DNA from: Terrimicrobiaceae bacterium
GTDB taxonomy: Bacteria > Verrucomicrobiota > Verrucomicrobiia > Chthoniobacterales > Terrimicrobiaceae
Direction: 5' to 3'
NCBI GenBank assembly: GCA_041752695.1
Contig: JBGSVZ010000012.1
Location: forward strand, 32,001-96,000
DNA: 64,000 nucleotides
Shown here: in pieces, positions 1 through 10,273 of the stretch
Position numbering within the stretch: the stretch's first letter is position 1
How the letters are laid out: each line of letters begins with the position of its first letter
Translations under genes and position numbers: made by a program
The notes under the pieces: generated by a model
The model's database searches: none
What the model saw: only the letters and a program-made list of their open reading frames with translations
What the model was told of the DNA's origin: nothing

Positions 1-1339
1 GTTGCAGCAAATGAGTCTCCACCTGGCGCATGGTATCGAGCACCACGCCCACAATGATCAGAACACCCGTGCCACCAAAAAACTGCGCCGTCATGTAAGG
101 AACGTTCAGCGACTGCGCGAGCAGCTGGGGCAATACCGCAATGAGGGTGAGGAAAATCGCACCGGCAAAAGTGAGGCGCGACATGGTGTAATCGAGAAAA
201 TCTGCCGTGGGTTTGCCCGGACGGACACCCGGAATAAAGCCGCCGTATTTTTTCAAATCGTCGGCGATCTGGACGGGTTGAAACTGCGTCGCCACCCAAA
301 AGTAGCTGAAGAAGAAAATCATCCCACCGAAGAGCACGTAATGAATCCAACCCGCCGTCAATTCCTGCGACAGCCAGGCTGCCCATGAGGCCTGCGGAAA
401 TGCCATGCTGATGATCTGCGACGGGAAGAGCAAAATCGCCTGTGCAAAGATGATCGGCATCACGCCGGCGTAGTTCACCTTCAGCGGCATGTATTGGGTC
501 TGACCCCCGTAGACTTTCCGGCCCACCACACGCTTCGCGTATTGAATGCTAATCTTACGTGTCGCCTGCGTCACCGCAATGACCGCGGCAATGACAAAGA
601 CGAGGAACAAACAGAGCAGAACGAGAATGACCGGGCTAACATTGGCCTGTGCCCCCGGGTCGCTGGGAACAAAAGTGCGCCAGGCTTGGATGAGGCCGGC
701 GGGGAGCTGGGCGAGAATACCGACCGTGATGATGAGCGAAACCCCGTTGCCAATGCCGCGTTCCGTGATCTGGTCGCCCAGCCACATGAGGAACAACGTG
801 CCCGCCGTCATCGTAATGATGGTGAGCAATTGGAAAGTCAAACCCGGCTCCGGCACGAGGTCCATGCCGAGGCTGTTAATCGTCTCCATGATGCCCGGCA
901 GGAACGGATTGGCTTGCGGATTTTCAAAAGACTTGGCCAGCAAATAACCCTGGAAGATACAAAGCGCGATGGTGGCATAGCGCGTGTACTGCATGATCTT
1001 CCGGCGACCGCCATCTTCGCGCGAAAGTTTGCCCAACTGCGGGATCACCGCGGTGAGCAACTGCATCATGATGGACGCGCTGATGTAGGGCATGATGCCC
1101 AACGAGAAAATCGCGCAATGCGCGAGAGCCCCGCCGCTGAACAGGTTGAAGAGCGCCGCGACCCCACCTGCAGTTTGGGCGTCCGCCACGTTCTGGAACC
1201 AGACGCGAAGAATCTCCGCGTTCACTCCCGGCGTGGTCACGGCCGAACCCACACGGATGATCACGATCATCGCGAGGGTAAAGAGCACGCGTTGCCGCAG
1301 CTCGGGAATTTTAAAGATGTTGGTAAAGGCGGAGATCAC
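1..1339 (-). CDS. secY: Preprotein translocase subunit SecY (3' end runs off window)
   Basis: Not in ORF track (no stop in window). GTG at 1339 reads MISAFTNIFKIPELRQR; contains FSGGAL..AIFSLGIMPYISASIMMQLL, LGDQITERGIGNG, PLKVNYAGVMPIIFA; follows rplO. Confidence 0.97.
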   Translation of the reverse strand, partial: MISAFTNIFKIPELRQRVLFTLAMIVIIRVGSAVTTPGVNAEILRVWFQNVADAQTAGGVAALFNLFSGGALAHCAIFSLGIMPYISASIMMQLLTAVIPQLGKLSREDGGRRKIMQYTRYATIALCIFQGYLLAKSFENPQANPFLPGIMETINSLGMDLVPEPGLTFQLLTIITMTAGTLFLMWLGDQITERGIGNGVSLIITVGILAQLPAGLIQAWRTFVPSDPGAQANVSPVILVLLCLFLVFVIAAVIAVTQATRKISIQYAKRVVGRKVYGGQTQYMPLKVNYAGVMPIIFAQAILLFPSQIISMAFPQASWAAWLSQELTAGWIHYVLFGGMIFFFSYFWVATQFQPVQIADDLKKYGGFIPGVRPGKPTADFLDYTMSRLTFAGAIFLTLIAVLPQLLAQSLNVPYMTAQFFGGTGVLIIVGVVLDTMRQVETHLLQ

Positions 1340-1379
1340 AGGAAAATCAAGAAGGAGGAGTTACGACGCGGGAAGATTC

Positions 1380-1856
1380 CTATTTCTTCCGCTTTCCCTC
1401 TTCCTTCTTGGCTGTGATCGTGACCGAACCGCCGGCCTTTTCGATTTTGTCCTTGGCCGAGGCACTGATGCCGTCCACTTCGAGATGGAACTTCTTTTTC
1501 ACCTCACCGCGTCCGAGCACCTTGATGCCGTCAAGCGGACCACGCACGAGGCCGGCGCCACGGAGGAGCTTTTCATTGATGGCCGCGCCATCTTCGAAAC
1601 GCTTCTCGAGATCATCGAGATTGACCACACCATACACCGTCTTGAAGGCGGCATTGGTGAAGCCCCGCTTGGGCAACTGACGGTAGATGGGCATCTGACC
1701 GCCTTCGAAACCGAGGCGAATGCTGCCACCGGAACGGGCTTTCTGACCCTTGTGGCCCTTGCCGGAAGTCTTGCCGTGGCCGGAGCTTTCGCCGCAACCG
1801 AGGCGCTTGCGGCGATGTTTCGCGCCGGGATTGGGTTTTAGATCGTGGAGTCTCAT
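1380..1856 (-). CDS. rplO: 50S ribosomal protein L15
   Basis: GKTSGKGHKGQKARSGG, GFEGGQMP motifs; spc operon position. Confidence 0.98.
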   Translation of the reverse strand: MRLHDLKPNPGAKHRRKRLGCGESSGHGKTSGKGHKGQKARSGGSIRLGFEGGQMPIYRQLPKRGFTNAAFKTVYGVVNLDDLEKRFEDGAAINEKLLRGAGLVRGPLDGIKVLGRGEVKKKFHLEVDGISASAKDKIEKAGGSVTITAKKEEGKRKK

Positions 1857-1859
1857 GGC

Positions 1860-2402
1860 TTAGGCGGCGACGGCGACGGGTTCCTTCACACGAAGGGTCT
1901 TGCCGCGGAGTTTAAAGATTTCGTCTTTCGGACGCAGGGCCGTCAACGCGTCGAGGGTCGCCTTGACAACATTGGACGGATTGCTGGAACCGAGGGATTT
2001 GGCGAGCACGTCACGAATGCCGGCTGCTTCGATGACGGCACGGACACCGCCGCCGGCGATGACGCCGGTTCCGGGCGAGGCCGGCTTGAGGAGCACGCGT
2101 CCACCGCCAAACTGGCCGATGACTTCATGGGGGATGGTGTTGTCCTGAACGGCAACCTGCACCATGTGCTTTTTGGCGGCGTCGGTGGCTTTGCGAATGG
2201 CTTCGCTAACTTCGTTAGCTTTTCCGAATCCGATGCCAACCTTCCCCTTGTGATTGCCGGAGACAATCAGGGCGCTGAAGCTAAAGCGACGGCCGCCCTT
2301 GACGACTTTGGCGCAACGATTGATGAAAACAACCTTCTCGGTCGTTTCCTTCGGCTCTTTGTCGAAGTCGGGTTTGTTGAAAGATTTTCTGTGAGTGCCC
2401 AT
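1860..2402 (-). CDS. rpsE: 30S ribosomal protein S5
   Basis: [28 protein letters not shown]. Confidence 0.98.
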   Translation of the reverse strand: MGTHRKSFNKPDFDKEPKETTEKVVFINRCAKVVKGGRRFSFSALIVSGNHKGKVGIGFGKANEVSEAIRKATDAAKKHMVQVAVQDNTIPHEVIGQFGGGRVLLKPASPGTGVIAGGGVRAVIEAAGIRDVLAKSLGSSNPSNVVKATLDALTALRPKDEIFKLRGKTLRVKEPVAVAA

Positions 2403-2406
2403 GGCT

Positions 2407-2763
2407 TTAGAATTCGAGTCCGGCTTCGCGTGCTGCGTCGGCGAGAGCCTTCACTTTGCCGTGGTATTTAAAACCACCGCGGTCGAAGACGACCTTTTTG
2501 ATGTTCTTGGTGGAGACGCGTTCGGCGATGAGTTTGCCCACCTTGGTCGCGGTGACGACGTTGGCGCGGGATTCTTTGTCGGCGCGGAGTTCGGCTTCGG
2601 TCGTGTGGACCGAGGCAATCGTCTTGCTCTGAGTGTCGTCGATGACCTGGGCCGTAATGTGACGCTCGGAGAAATGGACTGCGAGACGGGGACGCTCGGT
2701 CGTTCCGGAAACTTTTTTCCGCAGGCGGACGTGGCGAAGCTGGCGTTTGTTTTCCTGTGGCAT
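2407..2763 (-). CDS. rplR: 50S ribosomal protein L18
   Basis: [31 protein letters not shown]. Confidence 0.98.
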   Translation of the reverse strand: MPQENKRQLRHVRLRKKVSGTTERPRLAVHFSERHITAQVIDDTQSKTIASVHTTEAELRADKESRANVVTATKVGKLIAERVSTKNIKKVVFDRGGFKYHGKVKALADAAREAGLEF

Positions 2764-2766
2764 GGC

Positions 2767-3306
2767 TTACTGGACGGTTTTGCCCTCTTTGCGGCGAACA
2801 ACTTCACCGGCATAGCGGATGCCCTTGCCTTTGTAAGGCTCCGGCGGGTAATAGGCGCGAATGTCGGCCGCGGCCTGGCCGACAACGTGTTTGTCGATTC
2901 CTTCGATGGCGATCTTGGTGTTATCCGCAACCGTGACCGTCACTTCCTTGGGGATGCTGAAGAGGATCGGGTGGGATTTGCCGAGGCTCAGATTGAGCTT
3001 GTCGCCTTGCACGGCGGCCTTGAAGCCGACGCCCTGAATTTCGAGGTTCTTCTTGAAACCGTTGTTCACGCCTTCGATCATATTGGCGATGAGGGCGCGG
3101 GAAAGGCCGTGCAGGGCTTTGACCGGGCGGGTTTCGCCGTCGCGATCCAGCGTGAGGGTGGTGCCTTCCATGCGGACACGGACGACTTTGGGGACGGTCC
3201 AGGAGAGTTTTCCTTTGGGACCTTCGACGGAGACGGCCCCCTCGGGGCTGACTTTCACCTGCACCTTGGCGGGCACTTCAATGGGTTTTTTACCGATACG
3301 GGACAT
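2767..3306 (-). CDS. rplF: 50S ribosomal protein L6
   Basis: Start reassigned to MSRIGKKPI (ATG 3306); PPEPYKGKGIRY. Confidence 0.98.
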   Translation of the reverse strand: MSRIGKKPIEVPAKVQVKVSPEGAVSVEGPKGKLSWTVPKVVRVRMEGTTLTLDRDGETRPVKALHGLSRALIANMIEGVNNGFKKNLEIQGVGFKAAVQGDKLNLSLGKSHPILFSIPKEVTVTVADNTKIAIEGIDKHVVGQAAADIRAYYPPEPYKGKGIRYAGEVVRRKEGKTVQ

Positions 3307-3316
3307 GGTGTGCTCC

Positions 3317-3709
3317 TTACCAAATGTAAGCGAGAAGTTCCCCGCCGACGTTTTGCTTCTTGGCCTCCTGGCCGGTGAGAATTCCACGCGAAGTGGAAAG
3401 CACTGCGATGCCCATGCCGCCAAGGACGCGCGGCACCTCGGTCGCACCGACATAACGGCGGAGACCAGGTTTGCTGACGCGCTTCAGGCCGGCGATGGCG
3501 CAGGTTTTGTTGACGAACTTGTTTTTGATTTTGAGCTGCGGTCCGCCTTCTTTCGGAGTCTCGAGTTCAAAACCGGCGATGTAGCCTTCTTTTTCAAGAA
3601 TGCGGGCGATCTCGCTTTTGAGCTTGGAGTAAGGGACTAGGAATTCCGCTTTGCGCGCACGGGATGCGTTGCGCACGCGGGTGAGCATGTCTGCGATCGG
3701 GTCGGTCAT
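3317..3709 (-). CDS. rpsH: 30S ribosomal protein S8
   Basis: MTDPIADMLTRVRN, SKPGLRRY, GGELLAYIW. Confidence 0.98.
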   Translation of the reverse strand: MTDPIADMLTRVRNASRARKAEFLVPYSKLKSEIARILEKEGYIAGFELETPKEGGPQLKIKNKFVNKTCAIAGLKRVSKPGLRRYVGATEVPRVLGGMGIAVLSTSRGILTGQEAKKQNVGGELLAYIW

Positions 3710-3725
3710 TTATGTGTAGCAGTAG

Positions 3726-4346
3726 TTAGGCAGCCGCGGGGGCTTCCTCTTGCTGCTCCTCGGTTTTTGGCGCGACCGCTTTCTTCGCCTTGTCGGCGAA
3801 GGGCATGCCAAGCTCGCTCAAGAGCGATTTGGCTTCCGCGTTCGTGCGCGCGGTTGTGACGATGGTGATGTCAAAACCGATGTTGCGTTTGATTTTATCG
3901 AGTTCGATCTCGGGGAAAATGGACTGGTCAGTGACGCCCAGGGTGTAGTTGCCATTGCCGTCGAAGGCTTTGGTGGAAACACCGCGAAAGTCGCGAATGC
4001 GAGGTAGCGACATGCGGATGAGACGCTCGAGGAACTCATACATCGTGCGGCCCCGGAGAGTGACCTTCGCGCCGATGGCTTGACCCTGGCGGAGCTTGAA
4101 GTTCGCGATGCTCTTCTTCGACACCGTCGCGACCGGACGCTGGCCGGTGATGGTGGCGATTTCCGTTTTCGCAATTTCGAGGGCTTCCTTGCTGTCGGAT
4201 CCGGCTCCAATGGACGTGTTCAACACGACTTTGGAAACTTTGGGGATCTGATGGATATTCGTGTAGCCGTGCTTCTCCTTCAAGGCCGCAATGACGCGGG
4301 TCTTGTATTCAGTAAGAAGTTCGGGATCGGGTAGAGTGGTGGCCAT
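3726..4346 (-). CDS. rplE: 50S ribosomal protein L5
   Basis: KKSIANFKLRQG, LPRIRDFRG, FDGNGNYTLG. Confidence 0.98.
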   Translation of the reverse strand: MATTLPDPELLTEYKTRVIAALKEKHGYTNIHQIPKVSKVVLNTSIGAGSDSKEALEIAKTEIATITGQRPVATVSKKSIANFKLRQGQAIGAKVTLRGRTMYEFLERLIRMSLPRIRDFRGVSTKAFDGNGNYTLGVTDQSIFPEIELDKIKRNIGFDITIVTTARTNAEAKSLLSELGMPFADKAKKAVAPKTEEQQEEAPAAA

Positions 4347-4352
4347 GTGTGC

Positions 4353-4628
4353 TTAGGCGGCTTTCTTTTTCGCCTTTTCCTTTTGGGGAGCGGTGGCTTC
4401 GACGATCTTCACATTCGAAATGTGGATCGGGCCTTCCCGCTCGATGATTGCGCCGTTCGGGTTATCCTGGGTCTTGCGCTGATGCTTTTTGATCATGCGG
4501 ACTCCTTCAATAACCACCTGGGACTTTTCGGCGATGACCTGAAGAATCTTCCCGGAGGAACCGCGATGGTTCCCGGAGATGACTTTCACGGAGTCACCGC
4601 GTTTGACATGAAAATTGGGTCTGCTCAT
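4353..4628 (-). CDS. rplX: 50S ribosomal protein L24
   Basis: KOW motif [18 protein letters not shown]. Confidence 0.97.
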   Translation of the reverse strand: MSRPNFHVKRGDSVKVISGNHRGSSGKILQVIAEKSQVVIEGVRMIKKHQRKTQDNPNGAIIEREGPIHISNVKIVEATAPQKEKAKKKAA

Positions 4629-4990
4629 AGCACTTCAGGCGCGAGGGAGATGATCTTCATGAAGTTCTTTTCACGAAGTTCGCGGGCGACCGGTCCGAAG
4701 ATGCGGGAGCCGCGGGGATTTTGATCCTTGTCGATGATGACAATGGCGTTGTTGTCGAAGCGAAGGTAGGAACCGTCTTCGCGGCGGATCGGCTGCTTGG
4801 TGCGAACGATGACAGCGCGGACGACGTCACCTTTTTTCACCGTGCCGCCGGAGGAAGCTTCCTTGACGTTGGCAGTGATAATATCACCCACCCCTGCGGT
4901 TTTGGTGGCCTTGCCGATGACACCGATCATCGTGGCCATGCGGGCGCCAGTGTTGTCGGCAACATCAATACGGGAACGAATTTGAATCAT
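4625..4990 (-). CDS. rplN: 50S ribosomal protein L14
   Basis: [26 protein letters not shown]. Confidence 0.98.
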   Translation of the reverse strand: MIQIRSRIDVADNTGARMATMIGVIGKATKTAGVGDIITANVKEASSGGTVKKGDVVRAVIVRTKQPIRREDGSYLRFDNNAIVIIDKDQNPRGSRIFGPVARELREKNFMKIISLAPEVL

Positions 4991-4996
4991 GGCAGG

Positions 4997-5296
4997 TTAG
5001 TGTTTGATGATTTCCACGAGACGCCAGCGCTTGAGGCGCGAGAGCGGGCGGGTTTCCATGATGGTGACGCGGTCGCCGACCTTGGCTTCGTTCTTCTCGT
5101 CATGAACGTGGAAACGTTTGACGTGTTTGATGATCTTGCCGAATTTTTTGTGCGGCACGCGGGTGGTGGTGCTGACAACGATGGTTTTATCCATGGCGTC
5201 GGAAACGACCTGGCCCACGCGGGTTTTGCGCAGATTGCGGTCCCGCTCGACAGCGGCGGACGCGGGGGCTTCGGGTGTGGAAATAGCTTCGCTCAT
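4997..5296 (-). CDS. rpsQ: 30S ribosomal protein S17
   Basis: [25 protein letters not shown]. Confidence 0.98.
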   Translation of the reverse strand: MSEAISTPEAPASAAVERDRNLRKTRVGQVVSDAMDKTIVVSTTTRVPHKKFGKIIKHVKRFHVHDEKNEAKVGDRVTIMETRPLSRLKRWRLVEIIKH

Positions 5297-5305
5297 ACGG
5301 GTGTG

Positions 5306-5527
5306 TTACTTGGCGGCAGGCTGGGCGGCCTTGGCAGCAGCGGCACGTTTGCCGGTGATGACGGTTTCAATCCGGGCCGCATCACGGCGCAGGTTGCGCA
5401 GCATGTGGGGTTTCTCGAGTTGTCCGGCCTGCTGCTGGATGCGGAGATTAAACACCTCGTGGCGGATCTCACGCTTGCGCGATTCGAGTTCCTTGATGGT
5501 GAGTTCCTTGACTTCGGCAATCTTCAT
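5306..5527 (-). CDS. rpmC: 50S ribosomal protein L29
   Basis: FNLRIQ..GQLEKPH..RRDAARIET; between rplP and rpsQ. Confidence 0.96.
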   Translation of the reverse strand: MKIAEVKELTIKELESRKREIRHEVFNLRIQQQAGQLEKPHMLRNLRRDAARIETVITGKRAAAAKAAQPAAK

Positions 5528-5535
5528 GGCGCGGA

Positions 5536-5958
5536 TTATTTGGCAGCGTGGTGACGCGAGATAAAGCGCGTGCGCACGGGCAGTTTGTTGGCGGCGAGCC
5601 GGAGCGACTCGCGGGCGACGGTCTCACTGACACCGTCGAGTTCGAAAAGGACATTGCCGGGGCGAATGACAGCCACCCAATGTTCGGGCTGGCCTTTGCC
5701 TTTACCCATTCGGGTTTCCGGCGGGCGGGCGGTCACGGATTTGTCGGGAAAAATGCGGATCCAGAGCTTGCCTTTGCGCTTCATGGCGCGGGTCATGGCC
5801 ACACGGGCGGCTTCGATCTGAACGTTGGTGATCCAGGCGCGCTCCAAGGTCTGGAGGCCGAATTCGCCGAAGTCAATTTTCAGCGTGCGCGAGGCGTTGC
5901 CGGAACGGCTGCCGCGTTGGGTCTTGCGATATTTGACGCGTTTGGGAAGTAGAGGCAT
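5536..5958 (-). CDS. rplP: 50S ribosomal protein L16
   Basis: [23 protein letters not shown]. Confidence 0.98.
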   Translation of the reverse strand: MPLLPKRVKYRKTQRGSRSGNASRTLKIDFGEFGLQTLERAWITNVQIEAARVAMTRAMKRKGKLWIRIFPDKSVTARPPETRMGKGKGQPEHWVAVIRPGNVLFELDGVSETVARESLRLAANKLPVRTRFISRHHAAK

Positions 5959-5976
5959 GGCGTGGTCCGGTAAAAA

Positions 5977-6702
5977 TTACGCTGCGGCGGGAGTTGGCGC
6001 AGGAGCGGCCGCTTCCTCGGTGCGAGGACTGCGCCGGCGGTCTTCGCGGGGCTGCTGGGCCTCTTCGGCCTCAGGCTGTCCGGGTTTTTTGCAAATCCAG
6101 CATTTGATGCCGATCTTACCGGCCATGGTCATGGCTTCGGTAAACCCGTAGTCGATGGGCTGGCGCATGGTGTGAAGAGGGACTTTGCCTTCGTGATACC
6201 GCTCGGTGCGGGCAATTTCCGCGCCGCCGAGACGGCCGGCACAACGGATCTTGATGCCCAGGGCGCCCTGTTCCATGGCGATTTGCACGGCGCGCTTCAT
6301 GGCGCGGCGGAAGGAAATACGGCGTTCGAGCTGGGAAGCGACGTTTTCGGCGACCAATTGGGCGTCGATGTCAGGCTGCTTGATTTCGACGATGTCGATT
6401 TTGACCTGTTTGCCACCGGCGAGGCGGGAAATTTCTTCGGTCATCTTTTCGATTTCAGAACCCTTGCGGCCGATCACTACACCCGGGCGGGCGGTGTGGA
6501 CGGTGACACGGACACTGTTCCAAGCGCGTTCGATCACGATGCGGGCGACGGCGGCCTGGCGGAGTTTTTTCTTGAGAAACTCGCGGATTTTGCCGTCGGC
6601 GAACAAATAATCGGCGAAGTCCTTACGCGAAGCATACCACCGCGATGACCAGTCCCGACTGATCGGAAGGCGGAAGCCGATTGGATTGACTTTTTGTCCC
6701 AT
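5977..6702 (-). CDS. rpsC: 30S ribosomal protein S3
   Basis: [35 protein letters not shown]. Confidence 0.98.
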   Translation of the reverse strand: MGQKVNPIGFRLPISRDWSSRWYASRKDFADYLFADGKIREFLKKKLRQAAVARIVIERAWNSVRVTVHTARPGVVIGRKGSEIEKMTEEISRLAGGKQVKIDIVEIKQPDIDAQLVAENVASQLERRISFRRAMKRAVQIAMEQGALGIKIRCAGRLGGAEIARTERYHEGKVPLHTMRQPIDYGFTEAMTMAGKIGIKCWICKKPGQPEAEEAQQPREDRRRSPRTEEAAAPAPTPAAA

Positions 6703-6839
6703 GAGTAAATTTTTTTAAGTTTGAGCCGGTTTCTGTCCCGAAAGTGATCAAGGGACAAAAAAAGCACGCTACGGTGCTTGTCTCGGAACCCCGACTTTGT
6801 GCGGGAGGGCGAAACTATCGCCTTCCAAAAGACTAGCAA
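6703..6839 (-). promoter_or_regulatory. Putative sigma70 promoter and structured 5' leader of the rpsC-secY unit
   Basis: Minus-strand TTGCTA(6839-6834)-N16-TAGTTT(6817-6812); leader has AAGCAC/GTGCTT hairpin with T-run and TGTCCC/GGGACA hairpin. Confidence 0.5.
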
Positions 6840-6875
6840 GAGAAAAGTTGAAAAAAATCGCTTCCCGGCCGCGAC

Positions 6876-7556
6876 TCAATTCCCCGCCTGCTTGAGCGCA
6901 GCCCTCAGGGCCTCGACTTCGCGCTGTAATTCCCCTGCATGGGATTTTTTCTGGTTCTCGACATGCCTGGCGATGGCCTCGACCGTTTGGTTCATCTGTT
7001 TAACCGCGGTTCCCTTGAGCAAACCCGCCATACTGGACCCCGGCGTCACCAGGTTTTCGTAGCAAATGAGGGCTTTGCCCTCGAGAGGCTCGATCCGCAG
7101 GCTCCCCACGCTGTCCTTGGTCTGGACAGCCCGGAGCAGCTTCCAGTCGATCCGGTAGCCGTCCGGGGCGACGGATTTCACGGTGTTGCGTGTCGTGTAA
7201 AATTCGTCGGGCAATATTGGCACATCCAGCCCGTAATCGATGTCCAGGGTGCAGGCAGCGACACGGTTGGAAATCTTGGAGGTGAGCACATTGGGCACGT
7301 ACGCCCAGGCATTTTCGTAATTGCAGAAAACCGCCGCCACCTCCTCCGGGCTGGCGTCCACCAACCGGTAGATCCGCATTTTGGGCCAGGGTTTTCCCTC
7401 GATCACTTCACTGAGCGAGACCTGCTCGCCTTTTTTCACTTGGGACTGATGACCTGCCGCCAATTCGTTCATCAAACCCGCCCGGCAGCAACTGCAGCCG
7501 GCCAGGAAACCAAAGACCAGTAACGCGCTGAAGGAGGGGAAATTGCGGAATTTCAT
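6876..7556 (-). CDS. Exported SRPBCC/START-like (polyketide cyclase fold) protein, possibly lipoprotein
   Basis: Signal peptide ending LAGC; VDASPEEVAAVFCNYE..YVPNV pattern typical of SRPBCC. Confidence 0.6.
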   Translation of the reverse strand: MKFRNFPSFSALLVFGFLAGCSCCRAGLMNELAAGHQSQVKKGEQVSLSEVIEGKPWPKMRIYRLVDASPEEVAAVFCNYENAWAYVPNVLTSKISNRVAACTLDIDYGLDVPILPDEFYTTRNTVKSVAPDGYRIDWKLLRAVQTKDSVGSLRIEPLEGKALICYENLVTPGSSMAGLLKGTAVKQMNQTVEAIARHVENQKKSHAGELQREVEALRAALKQAGN

Positions 7557-7616
7557 GCGGAAAGGGAATTTTGTAGCGAAATCCCCGGAGCGGAAGCAAA
7601 TCCGAAAAGTGTAGGT

Positions 7617-7644
7617 TTGACGAATCCCTCGAACCTCCTATACT
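7617..7644 (+). promoter_or_regulatory. sigma70-type promoter of rpsU
   Basis: TTGACG-N16-TATACT; SD-like AGGTGA at 7675-7680. Confidence 0.65.
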
Positions 7645-7684
7645 CCGGATCCCTTTTAGAAAATCAAAGAAAGTAGGTGAAGAT

Positions 7685-7888
7685 ATGCCGGAAGTAATCG
7701 TTCGCAAAGGTGAGCCCATTGATCGCGCCCTCAAGCGCCTCAAATCCAAGCTCGACCAGGAGGGAATCCTCGAAGAAGTGCGCAGACTGCGTGCTTTTGA
7801 GACGCCCGTCCAAAAATCGCGTCGCAAGGCCAAGAACAACGCCAAGCGCGCCAAGTTGAAAATCCGCTTTCATCTTAACCTGCCCTAA
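7685..7888 (+). CDS. rpsU: 30S ribosomal protein S21
   Basis: VRKGEPIDRALKRLK..GILEEVRR..FETP, basic 67 aa. Confidence 0.93.
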   Translation: MPEVIVRKGEPIDRALKRLKSKLDQEGILEEVRRLRAFETPVQKSRRKAKNNAKRAKLKIRFHLNLP

Positions 7889-7894
7889 AGCTTC

Positions 7895-8725
7895 TTGCCC
7901 AAGGTCATCATAGCCGGCTGCGGTTTCCTCGGGGAGGCCGCAGCCGATTTGTTTTCCAGCACCGGATGGGATGTGCTCGGCCTCTGCGCCACGGACGAAT
8001 CCGCCTCGCGCCTAGCGGGAAAACCTTACGCCGTCCGTGTCGTGGACATCACTGGGCCGATGGTATTCGAGGCTGCCTGGCACGGTGCCGACGCGCTGAT
8101 CCATTGCGCGAGTTCCGGGCGCGGCGGAGCCGATGCGTATCGGCGGGTCTATCTCGAAGGATTGCTCAACCTCGTGGCCACCGTCCAGCCCCGGCGCACC
8201 CTCTTCACCGGGAGCACCTCGGTTTATGCCCAGACGGACGGAGCCGTCGTGACCGAATCCACGGAAAGTCAGCCCGACCGCGAAACCGGCAGAATCCTCC
8301 TGGACGCTGAAGGAGTGGCTCTCGCCTCGGGCGGCTACGTCGCACGGCTGTCCGGAATCTACGGCCCCGGCCGTTCAGTCCTCCTTCGCAAATTCCTCGC
8401 CGGCGACGCCCGCATCGAGGGCGAGGGCGGACGGTGGATCAACCAAATTCACCGCGACGACGCTGCCCGGGCCGTCCACCACATTTTCACGACCCGCTCG
8501 GAACCGGGCGTCTACAACGTCAGCGACAACACGCCCGCCACCCAACGCGAGGTCTACGGCTGGTTGGCGGATTTTTTCCAGCGTCCCCTGCCCCCGCACG
8601 GCGAACCCGACCTGACCCGCAAACGCGGCTGGACGAGCAAACGCGTCTCCAACGAAAAGCTCCGCGCCACCGGCTGGGCCCCCGCGTTTTCCAGCTTTCG
8701 CGACGCGCTACCCACCCTCGGATGA
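7895..8725 (+). CDS. NAD-dependent epimerase/dehydratase (atypical SDR, YeeZ-like)
   Basis: IAGCGFLG Rossmann motif, STSVY, RLSGIYGPGR, IHRDDAA. Confidence 0.85.
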   Translation: MPKVIIAGCGFLGEAAADLFSSTGWDVLGLCATDESASRLAGKPYAVRVVDITGPMVFEAAWHGADALIHCASSGRGGADAYRRVYLEGLLNLVATVQPRRTLFTGSTSVYAQTDGAVVTESTESQPDRETGRILLDAEGVALASGGYVARLSGIYGPGRSVLLRKFLAGDARIEGEGGRWINQIHRDDAARAVHHIFTTRSEPGVYNVSDNTPATQREVYGWLADFFQRPLPPHGEPDLTRKRGWTSKRVSNEKLRATGWAPAFSSFRDALPTLG

Positions 8726-9147
8726 TCCACCGCGTCCAGCTCGTCGTTGCACCGGATGCGATCGACACCAACGCCCACGTCAACAACGTGGAATACGTCC
8801 GCTGGATGCAACAAGCCGCCATCGCCCACGCCGACGCCGTGGGATGCACCCGGGCCACCATGGATGCCGGTGCCTCGTGGGTCGTGCGCAGTCACCACAT
8901 CGAATACCTCCGCCCCGCCTTCGCGGGTGAACACCTGACGATTTTGACCTGGGTTTCGACCGTGCGCCGGTCCAGTTCGCTCCGCAAATACCGCGTGGTG
9001 CGCGGACCGGATCTCGTCGCTCGGGGCGAAACTGTCTGGGTCTTTGTTGATGCGACGACCGGGAAACCCCGCCCGATTCCCGCCGAAGTCAGCCGTGTCT
9101 TTTCCCTTGTCCCACCCACCGCTGAGCCGACAGAATTTTTCCCATGA
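8722..9147 (+). CDS. Acyl-CoA thioesterase (hotdog fold)
   Basis: ATG 8722 overlaps upstream stop; IDTNAHVNNVEY, HHIEYLRPA. Confidence 0.88.
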   Translation: MIHRVQLVVAPDAIDTNAHVNNVEYVRWMQQAAIAHADAVGCTRATMDAGASWVVRSHHIEYLRPAFAGEHLTILTWVSTVRRSSSLRKYRVVRGPDLVARGETVWVFVDATTGKPRPIPAEVSRVFSLVPPTAEPTEFFP

Positions 9148-9659
9148 CCCGGATTGCCCTTCTGCTCGTCTGCTTGCTCGCCGCCGGTTGCGCGGTCACG
9201 CCGATCACCGGCCCGCACGTTTATCAGGACACCAGCATGTCCTTCTCTGTCCCGGCGGGATGGAAAGTCACCATGCATGGCCAGTCGAGCAGCTGCGGCC
9301 ACGCCTTCGTCGAGGCTCCCGGCGAGGCGGTCGTTTTTATCAAGGGCGTTCCGCTCAAAAAAGACCCGGGCCTCGAGAAGTACGCCAAAGAATTTTCGCG
9401 CACCGCCAGTTCCTGGACTCCGGTCGGCAAGATCACCAGCCGCGGATTTAAAGGCTTTTCCGATAAACAATATGGCCCCGCGCTGAAGGAACCCTTCACC
9501 ATCGCCTTTCTCGGGGAGGATGTTCCCCACACCCGCTTCTACCGCAAACGGACAGGCTCACACTGCGCCTTTTACCTCCTCACCCAGGTCGCCGACGAAG
9601 ACGCCGCCTCGGTGGAAAACGGATTCCGTCAGATCCTCGATTCGTTCTCCGCGAAATAA
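9144..9659 (+). CDS. Hypothetical lipoprotein
   Basis: Lipobox LAAGC; FSVPAGW and ILDSF patterns like PsbP/DcrB-type lipoproteins. Confidence 0.6.
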   Translation: MTRIALLLVCLLAAGCAVTPITGPHVYQDTSMSFSVPAGWKVTMHGQSSSCGHAFVEAPGEAVVFIKGVPLKKDPGLEKYAKEFSRTASSWTPVGKITSRGFKGFSDKQYGPALKEPFTIAFLGEDVPHTRFYRKRTGSHCAFYLLTQVADEDAASVENGFRQILDSFSAK

Positions 9660-10273
9660 TCCACCAGCCGAAAATCCCGCCAGTCCTCCTGCCCGTGAAA
9701 ATTAATCTCACGGTGCGCGGAGGTGGACGACAGCACGGGAGTCGCCGACGCTACGCTATAATCGTAACGGCTAAATGAGGCCCGCAGAGTGCCACCGCGA
9801 ACCGCCGTCACACAGGCCAGCACGTCCCAGCCGGACTCCACCGTCCGGACTTTCGGGCGGAACAACGCCTCGTCCACCATCAGATCGTCCAGCTTGAGCC
9901 GGCGGGCCTTCAACTCCGAAAAAACGCGTCCGGACGCAAACCGCAGTTGTAGCCGGTGCCCGTTTGGCGTCGTGTGGAGTTCGAGATATTCCTCCCCAGC
10001 CATGTCCCGGACAAAAATCTCGAAGACGTCACCCAGCGTCCACATTTTTTGATTGTCCCCTGTTGCGCGGCTGAAGATGCATTCATCCTCCATCCGCGCA
10101 AGCACCCACAGGCCCTCGTCTGTCCAGCCAAGGCGAACCTCGCCTCCACGGAAATCGGGTTCCGGAGTTTGCCTCCAACCTTGCAGAAACGGCAGCGAAG
10201 GCGCTCCCTCAAAGGCGGCAAGGACCCCGTTCCAATCATTTTCGTCAAAAGGCTTCAGCCGCGGTACATTCAT
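9629..10273 (-). CDS. CBM9-like/DOMON-like sugar-binding domain protein
   Basis: Start MNVPRL coupled to the upstream stop (TGATG); VRLGWTDEGLWV, MWTLGDVFEIF, YLELHTTPNG. Confidence 0.6.
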   Translation of the reverse strand: MNVPRLKPFDENDWNGVLAAFEGAPSLPFLQGWRQTPEPDFRGGEVRLGWTDEGLWVLARMEDECIFSRATGDNQKMWTLGDVFEIFVRDMAGEEYLELHTTPNGHRLQLRFASGRVFSELKARRLKLDDLMVDEALFRPKVRTVESGWDVLACVTAVRGGTLRASFSRYDYSVASATPVLSSTSAHREINFHGQEDWRDFRLVDYFAENESRI

